A DNA stretch of 32,000 nt, from assembly GCF_000146505.1 (NCBI RefSeq), contig NC_017448.1, positions 240,001-272,000 of the forward strand, read 5' to 3'. Within the stretch, counting starts at the first letter, position 1; every line of letters starts with the position of its first letter. Shown in pieces: positions 25,836-32,000 of the stretch. This stretch comes from Fibrobacter succinogenes subsp. succinogenes S85. Lineage in GTDB: Bacteria > Fibrobacterota > Fibrobacteria > Fibrobacterales > Fibrobacteraceae. The notes beneath the pieces were generated by a model that worked only from the letters and a program-made list of their open reading frames with translations, was not told where the DNA came from and ran no database searches. The position numbers and the translations under genes were made by a program.

Positions 25836-26396
25836 ATGAAGTTTAATGACCCGAAATTCACAAAGATAAGCCACCGGAATGTCTGGGGCGAATGGACCTT
25901 TATCTTCGAAGGATCCAAACTTTGTGGCCTAAAATTTCGGGAAACTTCAGACGAAGTAAAAGCGACTCCGAGCAACGTGCAGGCTTGCGCCTATGCAAGC
26001 CCCGACATGGAAACGGAATTAAATAGCCGCGTTCGCAGCGCCTACCGCAAGGCCGTGAACGAACTTAATTTGTACCTCGCAGGCAAGATCTGCGAGTTTT
26101 CTATTCCCATAAAAATATACGGCACCGACTTTCAGAAAAAAGTTCTTGAGGTCACACGCCAAATCCCATACGGTAAAACTTGTACGTACAAACAAGTTGC
26201 CGAAGCAGTCGGTCATCCGCAGGCAGTCCGTGCTGTCGGGAATGTTCTGCACAACAATCCGATTCAAGTCGTCATCCCCTGCCACCGCGTGATAGACAGT
26301 CGCGGTCGCCTTAGCGGCTATGCGCTTGGCGTCGGATTAAAAAGAAGGCTCCTCTGCATGGAGGGAGCCATTCCGAATGAATTAATGTTGGAATAA
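25836..26396 (+). CDS. ogt: Methylated-DNA--protein-cysteine methyltransferase, 186 aa
   Basis: IPYGKTCTYKQVAEAVG...AVRAVGNVLHNNPIQVVIPCHRVI contains the PCHRV active site. Confidence 0.88.
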   Translation: MKFNDPKFTKISHRNVWGEWTFIFEGSKLCGLKFRETSDEVKATPSNVQACAYASPDMETELNSRVRSAYRKAVNELNLYLAGKICEFSIPIKIYGTDFQKKVLEVTRQIPYGKTCTYKQVAEAVGHPQAVRAVGNVLHNNPIQVVIPCHRVIDSRGRLSGYALGVGLKRRLLCMEGAIPNELMLE

Positions 26397-26398
26397 AT

Positions 26399-26812
26399 TT
26401 ATGCGCATTGCAGTGCGCCGAGCATGTCGTAGACTTGAGCTTCGACACTCAGGAGTTCCATATCGTAGTTCGGAGCCCATTCAAGAATCGGCACGTTGTT
26501 GCTTTGGGCATATTCGCGGAAAAGGCTTTTATCGCCAACGGAATGGCCCAACAGCACCGGGCAAGTATTGTTATGAACGTTCAAGCCTTCGATGAGCTTG
26601 TCAGATTTAAACCCATAGGATAAATTGAAAACGAAGTCGGCGTTGGCACAAGCCTCGTCGATGACATCTTTGTCGGATTCTGCATCACAGGCAAAGATTT
26701 CCCCAATTTCAATATTACCGATAGCGTTGAAAACACCATCCTTGATGTCCTTGAGCATGGACAGGAGCCCATGGCCAAGGATCGTATCGGATCCCCAGAT
26801 TAAAACATTCAT
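26399..26812 (-). CDS. Hypothetical 137-aa protein with degenerate Rossmann-like N-terminus
   Basis: The ORF fills the gap. MNVLIWGSDTILGHGLLSML and ...ANADFVFNLS loosely resemble the first beta-alpha-beta of extended SDR/epimerases. The glycine motif is degenerate and the protein is far too short for an SDR. The function call is weak. Confidence 0.4.
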   Translation of the reverse strand: MNVLIWGSDTILGHGLLSMLKDIKDGVFNAIGNIEIGEIFACDAESDKDVIDEACANADFVFNLSYGFKSDKLIEGLNVHNNTCPVLLGHSVGDKSLFREYAQSNNVPILEWAPNYDMELLSVEAQVYDMLGALQCA

Positions 26813-27232
26813 ACACTCACCTTCTTATTGCTTTTTGTGTAATGATTGTCACACGGCACTCATTACTTTTTTATTACGCGCCGCATATATAGTAAAATTT
26901 ACTCTAATTTGGAATAAAAAGTTAAAAAAATCATACAAAAATTTGACTTTTATCACATTTTGTAAATAAATAAAGCCCTGATTTTATACTTAACTAGCGA
27001 GGCTTAATATACAAATGTATACAAAGCTTATCGTTGTGAGAATAAAAGCGTCGGCCACAACCTTAAAAGGCGAGTGCCGCGACCATACTTGTATGGTCAT
27101 GGTCGAGCCGTAAGGTTGGCGCTTGCGCCAGGATGGGTTTAAGTTTTTCCGAGCTGGGGCCCCGCCCGCATGACGTACTTTTTGGTTCTTGAAAAGAATA
27201 ATTACTATATTTACGCCGGATTTTAACCAAAA

Positions 27233-27247
27233 ACCCGCGAATGCGGG
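27233..27247. other. GC hairpin 22 nt upstream of the pfp start codon
   Basis: CCCGC-gaat-GCGGG preceded by CCAAAAA. On the minus strand it reads as hairpin plus UUUUUGGUU (terminator-like). On the plus strand it would be a 5'-UTR stem next to the AAGGA SD. Confidence 0.35.
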
Positions 27248-27269
27248 GCAAATAAAAAAGGAATAAACA

Positions 27270-28934
27270 ATGTCCGAAAATCTCTCTGTACTGACCAAGG
27301 CCCGTCAGGCCTATCAGCCGAAGCTCCCGGTGTCCCTCAAGAATGGCGCCCTCAGCGTGAAGATTAACAAGGGTGCAGCTACGGAATCCGTTAGCGACCA
27401 GGCCAAGATCAAGGAACTCTTCCCGAACACTTACGGTCTTCCGGTTGTTCAGTTTGAAGCTGCCGAAGCCAAGGCTGGCAAGGCACTCCGCATGGGCGTG
27501 GTTCTCTCTGGTGGCCAGGCTCCGGGTGGACATAACGTTATCGCCGGTATCTACGACGGCATCAAGTCCGTTTCCAAGGATTCCGTCCTTTTCGGTTTCC
27601 TCGGCGGTCCGAGCGGTCTCGAAAACGGCAAGTACATTGAAATTGACGACGCCAAGATGGACGCCTACCGCAATGCCGGTGGCTTCGACATGATCCAGTC
27701 TGGCCGTACCAAGCTCGAAACTGAAGAACAGTTCAACAAGTGCATCGCTGTTGCTAACAAGCTCGACCTCGACGCTATCGTTATCATCGGTGGTGACGAC
27801 TCCAACACGAACGCTGCTGTTCTCGGTGAATACTTCCAGTCCAAGGGCGTCAAGACCTGCGTTTGCGGTTGCCCGAAGACCATCGACGGTGACTTGAAGA
27901 ACGAATTTATCGAAACCTCTTTCGGTTTCGACACCGCTGTGAAGACCTACTCTGAACTCATCGGCAACATCATGCGCGATGCCAACTCCGCTCAGAAGTA
28001 CTGGCACTTCATCAAGCTCATGGGCCGCTCTGCTTCCCATATCGCTCTCGAAGCCGCTCTCCAGACCCACCCGAACATCTGCCTTATCTCTGAAGAAGTC
28101 AAGGCAAAGCAGATGAAGCTCAAGGACGTGATCAAGCAGGTTGCTGACGTTGTCTATGCTCGTGCAGCTCAGGGCAAGAACTTCGGTGTCGCCCTCATTC
28201 CGGAAGGCCTCCTCGAATTCATCCCGGACGTTGGCGTCCTTATCTCTGAACTTTCTGAAGCTCTCGCCCACCACGAAGCCGAAGTCGAAGGTCTCGACAC
28301 GGCTGCTAAGGTCGAAAAGCTCTGCGCATGGGTCAGCGCTGAATCCGCTGAAGTCCTCAAGAGCCTCCCGGCTGGCATCCAGGCCCAGCTCATGCTCGAA
28401 CGCGACAGCCATGGCAACGTTCAGGTTTCCCTCATCGAAACTGAAAAGCTCATCATCGAAATGGTCAAGAAGGAACTCAAGAACCGTGGTGACTTCAAGG
28501 GCAAGTTCTCTGCTCTCAACCACTTCTTCGGTTACGAAGGCCGTTGCGCAGCTCCGTCCAACTTCGACGCTGACTACTGCTACAGCCTCGGCTTTGCAGC
28601 CTCTGTTCTCGCCCTCAATGGCATGAACGGCTACATGAGCTCTGTCCGCAACGTCACTAAGGGTATCGAAAACTGGGTCGCTGGCGGCCTTCCGATCACC
28701 ATGATGATGAACATCGAACGCCGTCACGGTGCCGACAAGCCGGTTATCCGCAAGGCTCTCGTTGAACTTGATGGCCCGATGAGCGCTCCGTTCAAGTACT
28801 TCGCCGCTCGCCGCGACGAATGGGCTAAGACTGAATCTTACACCTACCCGGGTCCGATCCAGTACTGGGGTCCGAGCGAAGTTTGCGACATCACGAACTT
28901 CACGATCAAGCTCGAACGCGGTGCAATGAAGTAA
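27270..28934 (+). CDS. pfp: Diphosphate--fructose-6-phosphate 1-phosphotransferase (PPi-dependent phosphofructokinase, long form), 554 aa
   Basis: PFK fold with GGDDSNTNA (Asp where ATP-PFKs have Gly) and PKTIDGD (Lys), the residues associated with PPi specificity. The roughly 550-aa length fits the long PPi-PFK clade. AAGGA lies 8 nt upstream of the ATG. Confidence 0.93.
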   Translation: MSENLSVLTKARQAYQPKLPVSLKNGALSVKINKGAATESVSDQAKIKELFPNTYGLPVVQFEAAEAKAGKALRMGVVLSGGQAPGGHNVIAGIYDGIKSVSKDSVLFGFLGGPSGLENGKYIEIDDAKMDAYRNAGGFDMIQSGRTKLETEEQFNKCIAVANKLDLDAIVIIGGDDSNTNAAVLGEYFQSKGVKTCVCGCPKTIDGDLKNEFIETSFGFDTAVKTYSELIGNIMRDANSAQKYWHFIKLMGRSASHIALEAALQTHPNICLISEEVKAKQMKLKDVIKQVADVVYARAAQGKNFGVALIPEGLLEFIPDVGVLISELSEALAHHEAEVEGLDTAAKVEKLCAWVSAESAEVLKSLPAGIQAQLMLERDSHGNVQVSLIETEKLIIEMVKKELKNRGDFKGKFSALNHFFGYEGRCAAPSNFDADYCYSLGFAASVLALNGMNGYMSSVRNVTKGIENWVAGGLPITMMMNIERRHGADKPVIRKALVELDGPMSAPFKYFAARRDEWAKTESYTYPGPIQYWGPSEVCDITNFTIKLERGAMK

Positions 28935-28965
28935 TTTTTACTTCAAAACAGCATTAAAAAATAAG

Positions 28966-28997
28966 ATGCTCCTGGCTTCCACCGGGAGCATTTTTAT
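28966..28997 (+). terminator. Intrinsic terminator of pfp
   Basis: ATGCTCC (28966-72) / GGAGCAT (28985-91), extendable by further pairs, followed by TTTTTATTG. Confidence 0.7.
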
Positions 28998-29039
28998 TGT
29001 ATATTAAGAAAAATCACAATCAACAAAAGGTGTCAAAAA

Positions 29040-29210
29040 ATGGCTTGTGCAAATTGCAAACTCCGCGCACAATACGACAAAAACCCCAAGTCGCTGATTG
29101 GACGCATTTGGCGATTCCATATAAACTTTTGCCCAGGCTGGAAAAGCTATATCAAGAGCCTTTCCGAAGAAGAGCGCATCGCTGCCAAGGAAAAGTACAA
29201 TTTAAAATAA
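29040..29210 (+). CDS. Small Cys-rich hypothetical protein, 56 aa (below the ORF-track cutoff)
   Basis: The ATG at 29040 has AAGGTG about 9 nt upstream. Translation: MACANCKLRAQYDKNPKSLIGRIWRFHINFCPGWKSYIKSLSEEERIAAKEKYNLK*. It is bracketed by the pfp terminator and its own strong terminator. The CxxC...H..FCPGW pattern resembles small conserved proteins I recall from anaerobes. Confidence 0.55.
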   Translation: MACANCKLRAQYDKNPKSLIGRIWRFHINFCPGWKSYIKSLSEEERIAAKEKYNLK

Positions 29211-29245
29211 AAGAAAAATGGCGGGCAAAACCCGCCACTTTTAAC
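29211..29245. terminator. Bidirectional intrinsic terminator (small ORF on +, prfB on -)
   Basis: TGGCGGG (29219-25) / CCCGCCA (29231-37). It is flanked by AAGAAAAA upstream and CTTTTAACTTT downstream, so a U-tract is present on both strands. Confidence 0.65.
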
Positions 29246-29359
29246 TTTAAAGGATCCTTCTCTTCGCTCAAGTCCCAAACGCTAACTTCGATTATGTCAA
29301 AAATCATTGGACATTCTCTCGTCTTTCGTCTATAGCGAGCCTTGCGAGCGTTCTTTCGT

Positions 29360-30467
29360 CTATTTGTTCCCTTCGCTTGTGCTTAGCAGATACGCGTCGA
29401 TGAACGGCTTGATTTTTCCATCAAGCACGCCCGCGGTATCAGACGTTTCAACGCCTGTGCGGAGGTCCTTCACAAGCTGGTACGGCTGCAACACGTAGCT
29501 GCGGATCTGGCTACCCCATTCGACCTTCTTTTTCTCGGCCATGCGGGCATCGCGCTTCGCTTCTTCTTCCAAGCGATAGTGTTCAGCGACCATGGTCTTG
29601 AGCATCTTGTAGCAAGTTTCACGGTTCTGGATCTGCGAACGTTCCGTCTGGCAGCTCGCCATGATACCTGTCGGCAAGTGGGTCATACGCACTGCGGAAT
29701 CCGTCTTGTTGATGTACTGGCCACCGGCACCACTACTGCGGTATGTGTCCACGCGCACTTCGGACATGTCAAGATCAAACTCCACGTCTTCGTGTTCGGG
29801 GTACAGATAAACGGCAGTAAAGCTCGTATGGCGGCGAGCGTTGGCATCAAACGGGCTAATGCGTACCAGGCGGTGAACGCCTATTTCAGAACGAAGTAAA
29901 CCGTAAGCGTTTTCACAAGAGACTTCAATCGTTGCGCTCTTGAGGCCCGCATCTTCAGCTTCCTGAAAATCCACGACCTTGAAGTCCATCTTTTCGCGTT
30001 CAAAGAAATGCGTGTACATGCGGAAAAGCATGAGCGCCCAGTCCTGGGACTCCGTACCACCTGCACCCGGATGAATAGACATGAGGCATGCACAGGCATC
30101 GTCCGGACCGTTCAGCATCTTCTTGAATTCCATCGCTTCAACTCTGGACTTGAGGTCGGCAATGTCGGATTCAAGCGTCGCCGTGAGGTCGGCTGATTCT
30201 TCGTCCTTGCTCATTTCGTAAAGCTCGGCAAGGTCGTCGCATGTCTGGGAAACTTCTTTCCAGGAATCAATGAGTCCCTTGAGGTTCCCAATCTTTTTCA
30301 TCATCGATTGCGCCTTTTCCTGATCGTTCCACAGGTTCGGGTCGCCGGAATCCTTTTCAAGGACGTAGAGTTCTTCGGTCTTTGCCTCTAAGTCAAAGAT
30401 ACCCCCAGAGTTTATCGATGCGGCTGCGCAACTCGATAAGCCCAGTATGTGTAGTGTTGAATGCCAT
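29360..30467 (-). CDS. prfB: Peptide chain release factor 2, expressed through a programmed +1 ribosomal frameshift (24 aa in frame 0 plus 344 aa)
   Basis: Frame 0 from ATG 30467 gives MAFNTTHTGLIELRSRIDKLWGYL then TGA (30393-95). Slipping +1 at CUU UGA C continues DLEAKTEELYV... into the long ORF. That ORF has the SPF (ISPFDANARRHTSF) and GGQ (SGAGGQYINKT) motifs. The ORF track's 396-aa version starts upstream in the wrong frame. Confidence 0.93.
30392..30406 (-). promoter_or_regulatory. prfB autoregulatory +1 frameshift site
   Basis: The minus strand reads GGGGG UAU CUU UGA C. This is an SD-like G-run 3 nt upstream of the slippery CUU followed by an in-frame UGA and C, the same arrangement as the E. 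coli prfB site. Confidence 0.9.
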
Positions 30468-30502
30468 TTACAACTCCATTTTTCAAATTTTTCTGGTCTT
30501 CC

Positions 30503-30532
30503 AGAACAAAAGAGGATGCCATTTAGCATCCT
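30503..30532 (-). terminator. Intrinsic terminator of the PPIase gene
   Basis: The minus strand reads AGGAUGC-uaaaug-GCAUCCU followed by CUUUUGUU (stem at 30512-18/30526-32). A second GC hairpin lies at about 30544-30560. Confidence 0.6.
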
Positions 30533-30573
30533 TGGGGTAATGGGGCGCACGTTGGCGCCCTCTTAGCTCTAAA

Positions 30574-31581
30574 TTACTTAGTAGCGCCGATTGCCTGAGG
30601 CGGTTCGTACTTCTTGTCGAGGTACTGGACCTTGTAGGTCTTGCCGAGGTCATCAAGGTAAGCCTTGAGCTTAGCCTGGCGTTCCTGTTCAGCCTGCACA
30701 CGGAGAATGTAATCAATCTGGTGCTTGTAGCTTTCAAACTTGCCGTCATTCTTTTCGGTAAGCATGAAGATAGAGACACCGTCATTTTCCGTGATAACTT
30801 CAGAGATATCACCGACCTTGATCTTGCCGACAGCCTTAGCGAAAGCTGCGCTCTTGGACTTGGCAACAAACTTGTTCATGATGCCGCCCGTCTTCTTGGC
30901 TTCCTTGTCGTCGCTATACATGGCTGCGAGCTGAGCAAACGTAGCCTTCTTGGAGCGAACCTGGGCTGCAAGACCCTTCAACATATCCTTGGCGTCGCTG
31001 ATTTCCTGAGCATTCTTACCCTTGGTAGAGATAAAGATGCGGGCGCCGCTAATCGTATCGTTGATAGCAACCTTGCTCTTGTTGAGCTGCCAGAAAGCTT
31101 CGAGATCCTTTTCGGTCGGAGCAGACGGATATGGGACCTTCTTTTCAAGAATCTGTTCGCTCTTGAGCTGGTCTTCAATCTTTTCCTTGAATTGCTTCAT
31201 CGTCGTGTTAGACTTCTTGAGTTCCTTCTGGAAAGCGTCTTCGCTCGGGAACTGCTTCTTGAAGAGGTTGGTCAAGCTATCTACCTTAGCCGGAGCGACC
31301 TTGATACCCATCTTCTTTGCTTCAAGTTTGATGAGTTCTTGGCCAACGAGATTATCAACAACTGCATAGCGAAGTTGGGTCATCATTTCGTCGGTCAACT
31401 TCTGGCCCGGAGCCTGCTGTTGGCCAAGCATGGTAGCAAGGCTATCAATCTTACCAGCAGAAATACCCGTCTTTTCGACGCGGATGACATCGAGACTTTT
31501 CGAATTCATCAACTGAGCAGAAGCAATACCGGCGGTAAGGAGCACGGCAGCAGCACCACGAGAAATGAGTTTAAGAGACAT
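30574..31581 (-). CDS. Periplasmic peptidyl-prolyl isomerase, SurA/PrsA-like with parvulin domain, 335 aa
   Basis: Signal peptide MSLKLISRGAAAVLLTAGIASAQ and a SurA-N-like chaperone region. The parvulin segment is FAQLAAMYSDDKEAKKTGGIMNKF...VGDISEVITENDGVSIFMLTEK. Confidence 0.8.
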   Translation of the reverse strand: MSLKLISRGAAAVLLTAGIASAQLMNSKSLDVIRVEKTGISAGKIDSLATMLGQQQAPGQKLTDEMMTQLRYAVVDNLVGQELIKLEAKKMGIKVAPAKVDSLTNLFKKQFPSEDAFQKELKKSNTTMKQFKEKIEDQLKSEQILEKKVPYPSAPTEKDLEAFWQLNKSKVAINDTISGARIFISTKGKNAQEISDAKDMLKGLAAQVRSKKATFAQLAAMYSDDKEAKKTGGIMNKFVAKSKSAAFAKAVGKIKVGDISEVITENDGVSIFMLTEKNDGKFESYKHQIDYILRVQAEQERQAKLKAYLDDLGKTYKVQYLDKKYEPPQAIGATK

Positions 31582-31741
31582 TATTTATCCTTTTATTAAA
31601 AAATCAAGGGTTTTAAAAATTCAAGGGTTAATATAGAAAACTTACAACACGCAAAAGCCCACTCTGTGTGATTTTACGCAAACAAAACAATGTTCTTACA
31701 AAAAATTGAAGTTATGGCTCGTTTTTGCTAAATTATTGCAC

Positions 31742-32000
31742 ATGAACAAGATTAAAGTATATACGTTGCAAGGCAAGTGGACCGGGGATTTCGATTCCAA
31801 TAACAAGTGGTATAAGGACGAAGCGCTCAAGCTCAAGGGCAAGGACATTGATTTACTCGTCCTCCCCGAACTTTTCCACACTCCTTACTTCCCGTTCGAA
31901 GAAAACGCAGACTTTTTCGATTTGGCGATTGAAAAGGATCACCCGATTGTCGCTGAATGGCAAGAAATTGCAAAGGAACTGAACGCCGTTGTCGTGTTCC
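31742..32000 (+). CDS. Carbon-nitrogen hydrolase (nitrilase superfamily, N-carbamoylputrescine amidase-like), 5' part only
   Basis: ATG 31742 opens MNKIKVYTLQGKWTGDFDSNNKWYKDEALKLKGKDIDLLVLPELFHTPYFPFEENADFFDLAIEKDHP... The LPELF..PYF catalytic-Glu region is typical of the family. The frame is open to the window end. Confidence 0.7.
   Translation, partial: MNKIKVYTLQGKWTGDFDSNNKWYKDEALKLKGKDIDLLVLPELFHTPYFPFEENADFFDLAIEKDHPIVAEWQEIAKELNAVVVF

Noticed and set aside
26399-26812. 137-aa ORF as a truncated NAD-dependent epimerase pseudogene
   Set aside because: The resemblance is limited to a degenerate first beta-alpha-beta. There is no downstream remnant of the rest of an SDR in any frame, because ogt abuts it directly. 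It is left as a hypothetical CDS rather than a pseudogene.
27040-27200. Possible SRP RNA, 6S RNA, RNase P RNA, tmRNA or tRNA in the pfp upstream gap
   Set aside because: I found none of the conserved motifs I know. These include GGAAGCAGCC for SRP, GAGGAAAGUCC for RNase P, a GGUUCGAAUCC T-loop, and a tag ORF. It is kept only as an unassigned structured region.
27063-28727. 554-aa minus-strand ORF, the same length as pfp, and similar long antisense ORFs at 24661-25680, 19407-20267, 22059-22964, 10640-11611, 11781-12509, 14351-15007, 15345-16067, 8396-9031 and 30721-31599
   Set aside because: - Most of them, and every one whose frame I computed (opposite pckG, pfp, asd, alr), are codon-aligned with a confidently identified gene on the other strand.
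- Their translations are low-complexity and rich in Arg, Ala, Val and Ser, with no recognisable motifs.
- They are explained by avoidance of TTA, CTA and TCA codons in the real genes.
28997-29335. 112-aa plus-strand ORF from the track
   Set aside because: - It starts at a non-ATG codon.
- It reads straight through the GGCGGG/CCCGCC terminator hairpin.
- Its product is basic and low-complexity.
- The 56-aa ORF in another frame (29040-29210) fits the signals better.
29360-30550. 396-aa uninterrupted ORF as the prfB product
   Set aside because: Its first roughly 50 residues (MRPITPRMLNGILFCSGRPEKFEKW...) are out-of-frame read-through upstream of the frameshift site. The authentic N-terminus is in frame 0 from ATG 30467.
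1-32000. A mobile element, prophage, CRISPR-Cas or defence island anywhere in the window
   Set aside because: - I found no integrase, transposase or recombinase, no tRNA attachment site and no long terminal repeats.
- I found no cas genes and no restriction, helicase or nuclease clusters.
- The only compositional outlier is the single-gene AT-rich left end.

Overview
The window reads as an ordinary chromosomal core region, almost certainly from Fibrobacter succinogenes or a very close relative. I base that on recognising the 349-aa ORF at 16765-17814 from memory as the circularly permuted GH16 mixed-linkage beta-glucanase of that species; no BLAST was possible. Coding density is high and most genes are housekeeping:
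- Central metabolism: GTP-PEP carboxykinase, PPi-dependent phosphofructokinase and asd.
- Cofactor and modified-base synthesis: a queC-queD-queE operon with a candidate preQ1-I riboswitch. A bioW-bioF-bioD operon and a separate bioA are split by an opposite-strand GGDEF gene.
- Other housekeeping: ssb, alr, ogt, an M29 aminopeptidase, a SurA-like PPIase, and prfB with the classic CUU UGA C +1 frameshift site.

I found no rRNA or tRNA genes, CRISPR array, transposase, integrase, phage genes or recognisable defence operon. I cannot support a claim of a new multi-gene system here.

The less ordinary items are:
- An AT-rich left end with an oversized, leaderless MBL-fold alkylsulfatase homologue that has an uncharacterised C-terminal extension of about 215 aa.
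- A short interspersed intergenic repeat family (CTTCGAC...CTCAGRATGAC and TAAGGTTGG...GCTTGC) at three or more loci, one of them inside the bio operon.
- A 457-nt hairpin-rich region upstream of pfp.
- An unannotated 56-aa Cys-rich ORF.
- Several lineage-specific hypothetical envelope proteins.

The long antisense ORFs opposite pckG, pfp, alr, asd and others are codon-aligned shadows caused by codon bias.
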